Of a DNA stretch of 64,000 bases, positions 60,651 through 64,000 are shown piece by piece (position 1 is the stretch's first letter; each line of letters starts with the position of its first letter). The stretch lies in IMG/VR virus record IMGVR_UViG_3300049489_000400, positions 34,718 through 98,717 of that record; one strand, written 5' to 3'. A program made the position numbers and the translations under genes. Source of the DNA: a virus. The notes under the pieces were generated by a model. That model searched no databases. It was given only the letters and a program-made list of their open reading frames with translations, and had not been told where the DNA came from.

Positions 60651-62369
60651 TTAGATCACTTGTTCGTACTCTGAAACATCCTCTCCTCTTTCTTTTAACT
60701 CATCAATAGCTATTTGTCTTGAAGTGTGGGTTTTCATCTTAGCAATCGCCTTCAATGTTTGTACAGGAGCATTTTTAGCCATCTTTTTCAATTCATCTTG
60801 ACTAAATTTTGAATCCTTAGAATCAACAACTTCATCCTCATCATCTTCTCCAGATAAGAAATTTTCCATTTCATCTTTGAAATCAGAATCGGGATTCTCG
60901 TCAAGATATTTTTGAACTTGTTCTTTACTTAATTCTAAACCTCCACTGGCCCATTCTCCAATTTTATCCTCGTCTAAATCTTCAGAACTTGCACCATCCT
61001 CATCTTTCCCGTCACCATCGTCGTCATGACCATCGTTGTCTTGCTCCTTTTCTAAGTCTTTCAACTCTTTCTTTTGCTTGACTGCTTCCTCTTTGTCGTC
61101 TTCGTGAGAATCTGATTCTAAAGTATCAACTAAGTCTTTATGCTCATTAACTAAATCTTTGGTGTCTTCGGTGGTTTTTCCAGGCTCTTCTTCAGATTGA
61201 TCTTTCTCAGAACCTTCTGAATTAGATTCCTCCATATCAAAGAAAAATTCCTCTAATGCACTATCATTCTCATAGCTAACACTACTATTTTCATTTGTTA
61301 TTCCGTAGTTAACCTTTTTAACGAAATCATCAACATCATTCGCTGATTCGTACATTTGCATCAAGAAATCATTCCCGACTTCATTCCCATCTTCATCAAC
61401 AATTCCGTAACTATTTGTGTCTTCTGAAAAATCAGGCTTGCCCCTATCTTCAGAACCTTCATCAGATGATCCAGGATGACCTGTTTTCTCTTTCAATGCA
61501 TCTAAAGCAGCTTGAGCACCGTCAATAGCAGCGTGAGTTTCGGAATGATCAGTTTTGTTAGATTCATGCATCTTTAAGGCTTGAGCTGGAGTTATTCCGT
61601 TCTCAATTGCTGAATCAATAATAGCTTCTCTGTCTGGATGAGAAGCAAGTGCGTTCTTAACAGATTCTGGATCATTGAAATCAATTCCTCCTTCATCTTC
61701 AGAATCAAGTTCACCTCTTTTCTGCAATTCTGCTTTTGCTTCTGCTGCCCCAGGTGCGTTAGGATTCTTTTGTAGAAACGCTTTTAATTGCTCGCTATCC
61801 GTACCTGCCGCATGTGAAGCATATTCTTCAGTACTAAGTTCTCTGTTGATCAAAGATTCTTTTTGTCCTGAATCTTTTTCACTAGAAACTTCAGGATTTT
61901 TATCTTTCGACTCAGTTCCTTCCTCAGCCTTTGGAGTTTTGTCTTGCTTTTCGTCGTCCTTATTGGCTCTTACCCATTTAGTGGTATTTCGACCAGTCTT
62001 ATCGGTTATTTGTTTTTTAACCAACCCCTGCTTTCCTCCTCCACCTGATGAGCCATCAAAGTCCATATGTCCTTTTTCTACGTAAAAATACATATTCTGA
62101 ACATATCCGTTCTCATCAATAACTTCTCTACAAGACAAGCTATTTAGAACCTCTTTGGCTTTTTGTATATCATTCTCATTACCCTTAGTCAATACGTCTT
62201 TAGTGTATTTTTCAAGATTTTCAACTGTATACAAAGGCTCGTCACCTAATGATTTACGAAGGTCTTCAATAGGAAGTGGCGCCGTTCCCGACACCTCTTT
62301 AAATCCCTTTAGAATATTCAATCTTTGATTAAATTGAAATTCATGTATCTGTTCGATATTCTTACTCAT
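60651..62369 (-). CDS. acidic putative internal head protein
   Basis: Multiple xKA/S/G sites, LVKKQITDKTG..TTKWVR module, ELKERGEDVS repeat. Confidence 0.6.
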   Translation of the reverse strand: MSKNIEQIHEFQFNQRLNILKGFKEVSGTAPLPIEDLRKSLGDEPLYTVENLEKYTKDVLTKGNENDIQKAKEVLNSLSCREVIDENGYVQNMYFYVEKGHMDFDGSSGGGGKQGLVKKQITDKTGRNTTKWVRANKDDEKQDKTPKAEEGTESKDKNPEVSSEKDSGQKESLINRELSTEEYASHAAGTDSEQLKAFLQKNPNAPGAAEAKAELQKRGELDSEDEGGIDFNDPESVKNALASHPDREAIIDSAIENGITPAQALKMHESNKTDHSETHAAIDGAQAALDALKEKTGHPGSSDEGSEDRGKPDFSEDTNSYGIVDEDGNEVGNDFLMQMYESANDVDDFVKKVNYGITNENSSVSYENDSALEEFFFDMEESNSEGSEKDQSEEEPGKTTEDTKDLVNEHKDLVDTLESDSHEDDKEEAVKQKKELKDLEKEQDNDGHDDDGDGKDEDGASSEDLDEDKIGEWASGGLELSKEQVQKYLDENPDSDFKDEMENFLSGEDDEDEVVDSKDSKFSQDELKKMAKNAPVQTLKAIAKMKTHTSRQIAIDELKERGEDVSEYEQVI

Positions 62370-62392
62370 ATCAGATTTTTTACTAAATAAGA

Positions 62393-62707
62393 TTAGGCTG
62401 CATCAAGAATAACGTCATCATTGAAAACATCAATAACAACATATAAACCTTCTCCAACCAAAGTGAAGTAATCAATCAAGTCTTTCTCTGTAAGAGTCAA
62501 ACCTATTTCGATAGGACAAGATGTTCCTGTTCCTGCTAATGCATTAATTTTGTTTGCAATAGCATTTGAAGAATCTTTAGTATCAAAATTTGAAACTACA
62601 AATTCTTTTTCTTTAGTACAAACAACTCTTATTTCCAATTCCGTTCCTGCGTCTGGTCCAGAGTTGATTTTCACCTTGTATAATCTAGTTCCTGAATTTG
62701 ATTTCAT
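62393..62707 (-). CDS. hypothetical protein
   Basis: 104 aa preceded by the ACAGCTATTA motif. Confidence 0.6.
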   Translation of the reverse strand: MKSNSGTRLYKVKINSGPDAGTELEIRVVCTKEKEFVVSNFDTKDSSNAIANKINALAGTGTSCPIEIGLTLTEKDLIDYFTLVGEGLYVVIDVFNDDVILDAA

Positions 62708-62758
62708 AACATTTAAATTTTAGTAAATATTTACTGTAATAATAGCTGTTTATTTAAA

Positions 62759-63772
62759 TCAAGAGTTTGGTTCAAACTTACTTCTCTGTTTGCCTAAACC
62801 TACCTTCATCTTCCAATACTTACTAAACTCACACAACCACATTTCTATCTGATGTAGCGTGAGTTCTCCAGATTTCTTAACTTCGTATCTACTCAAATTT
62901 TTATTCCAATGTAAATACTTAAAATCGCCATATTCCTTTAATTTCTTCTTTGCTATATCAGTTAAAATATGAATAGCATCTTCTTGCTCCTTACCTACTA
63001 ATGCTGGGAATATCAACCTAACTCCTAAACTCGCACCTGGGCCAACATTCGTATAATCGTTCTGATCAAACTTCATAATTTCGATTCCAGAATATCTAGG
63101 AGCATATGTAAAATCTTGATAAAATTCATGAGCAATAAATTGAGCAACGCCTGGTATAGTTCTAAAGAACGAAACTATTTGCTCTGGGTCTTCAGAATTT
63201 AAACACAATTTGTTTATCTTCTTAATGTTAGAATGTATCATAGGAACTGTAACGAAGCAATAACATTCATCCCTAGTTCCTTTTGCGAATGTAGAATTTA
63301 TGTAATAAGCATTCGTAAAAGGGCTTTCACCAGTACTTCTAAATTCTGATACTAAATCAAAAAATTCTTGTTTATCGAATTTGTAATATGAAGGCATTTT
63401 ACCTTTGAAGGATTTAGATTTAACTGAGCCTATAAAATCAAAAAGTTCAGGCTTGTTAAAAATCCTGAACAATAACAGCTTCCATATTATCTCTAATCGG
63501 TCTTTTTCTTTCAATAATACATTTTGTATTTGCCACTGAGAATGTCTGTCTAATTCTCTGTAAACATTCGTGAACTTATTTCTTTGGAAAATTTTATCTT
63601 TAGACCAAGGTTGATTTTCCTTCAATATGAATCTCTTATGCCAGACTTCTTGTCTGTCGAACATAGTCTCAAAGAATAAATCTAAATTTTCCTCACAAAT
63701 GTCTAAATCAGTTGAGGGCAAAAGATGCCCCCAACTCTTCTTATCTAATCTATTTTGCTTTTCGGAACTCAT
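62759..63772 (-). CDS. aGPT-Pplase1 / amino acid:DNA transferase-like DNA base-modification enzyme
   Basis: PWSKDKIF..NKFTNVYRELDR, LFRIFN, FTNAY, NVGPGA..G, IEMWLCEFSKY. Confidence 0.85.
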   Translation of the reverse strand: MSSEKQNRLDKKSWGHLLPSTDLDICEENLDLFFETMFDRQEVWHKRFILKENQPWSKDKIFQRNKFTNVYRELDRHSQWQIQNVLLKEKDRLEIIWKLLLFRIFNKPELFDFIGSVKSKSFKGKMPSYYKFDKQEFFDLVSEFRSTGESPFTNAYYINSTFAKGTRDECYCFVTVPMIHSNIKKINKLCLNSEDPEQIVSFFRTIPGVAQFIAHEFYQDFTYAPRYSGIEIMKFDQNDYTNVGPGASLGVRLIFPALVGKEQEDAIHILTDIAKKKLKEYGDFKYLHWNKNLSRYEVKKSGELTLHQIEMWLCEFSKYWKMKVGLGKQRSKFEPNS

Positions 63773-64000
63773 CAATCAAACTGATTATTTTATTCCTATA
63801 ATTTTTGTCTGATGCATAAACTCTGGAGAGAAAGTCCAAATATTCGTCTTGGTTAGTACAACTTTTAGCAAACTTGGTTTGCCATATTGCGTAGTCTATT
63901 ATACATAATTTCCAATTATCAAAATCAGCATAACCATTCTTACTTCCATTACTTGCAGTCGCTCTTTGTCCTGGATGTTTCATACCAAGAAGGTTATTAT
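63750..64000 (-). CDS. GH73 glucosaminidase, C-terminal part (5' truncated)
   Basis: The frame extends to the window edge as NNLLGMKHP, followed by YA.F..W, DY and YASD..Y motifs. Confidence 0.75.
   Translation of the reverse strand, partial: NNLLGMKHPGQRATASNGSKNGYADFDNWKLCIIDYAIWQTKFAKSCTNQDEYLDFLSRVYASDKNYRNKIISLIDEFRKAK

Noticed and set aside
2685-62085. Plus-strand ORFs, including poly-Ser ones (2685-3062, 11069-11614, 37890-38363, 41548-41958, 44058-44408, 61675-62085)
   Set aside because: They are antisense shadows of acidic GAA/GAT/GAC tracts in real minus-strand genes and show no recognisable motifs.
1-64000. Stop-codon reassignment (TAG appears rare as a stop)
   Set aside because: Genes are full-length under code 11 with no fragmentation; TAG ends recA and the 77-511 ORF plausibly.
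1-64000. tRNA, rRNA, introns, inteins, homing endonucleases, integrase
   Set aside because: None recognised by eye; the intergenic gaps are short and the core genes are uninterrupted. tRNAscan and Infernal were not run.

Overview
This 64 kb window is part of a large, AT-rich tailed phage (myovirus) genome. Every credible gene is on the minus strand and the genes are densely packed. In transcription order (64000 to 1) it encodes: a GH73 glucosaminidase (truncated); an aGPT-Pplase1/amino acid:DNA transferase-type base-modification enzyme; internal head protein candidates; a Herelleviridae-type portal; two Cys-rich fibre/spike proteins; a lysis cassette; a MuF-like protein; a PIG-L deacetylase plus GT-B glycosyltransferase pair; an AAA ATPase and a kinase/ADP-ribosyltransferase fusion that share an N-terminal module; prohead protease and major capsid protein; neck, contractile tail and baseplate genes. 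A replication/recombination block follows: SF2 helicase, DnaB, primase, sigma-like factor, thymidylate-synthase-family enzyme, DnaE, HD nucleotidase, UvsY-like protein, SSB, RecA and SbcDC. Bacteroidota-type promoters (TTTG-19 nt-TAnnTTnG) and A-rich, SD-poor start regions suggest a Bacteroidota host (inference). The main leads are: (1) a dispersed thymidine-hypermodification pathway (probable dUMP hydroxymethylase + AADT + glycosyltransferase + de-N-acetylase); (2) putative capsid-packaged effectors sharing a short targeting module and K|A/S/G protease sites; (3) a recurrent CAGNTATTA motif upstream of nine structural-region genes, a candidate late promoter. All calls come from motif recognition by eye; no searches were run.
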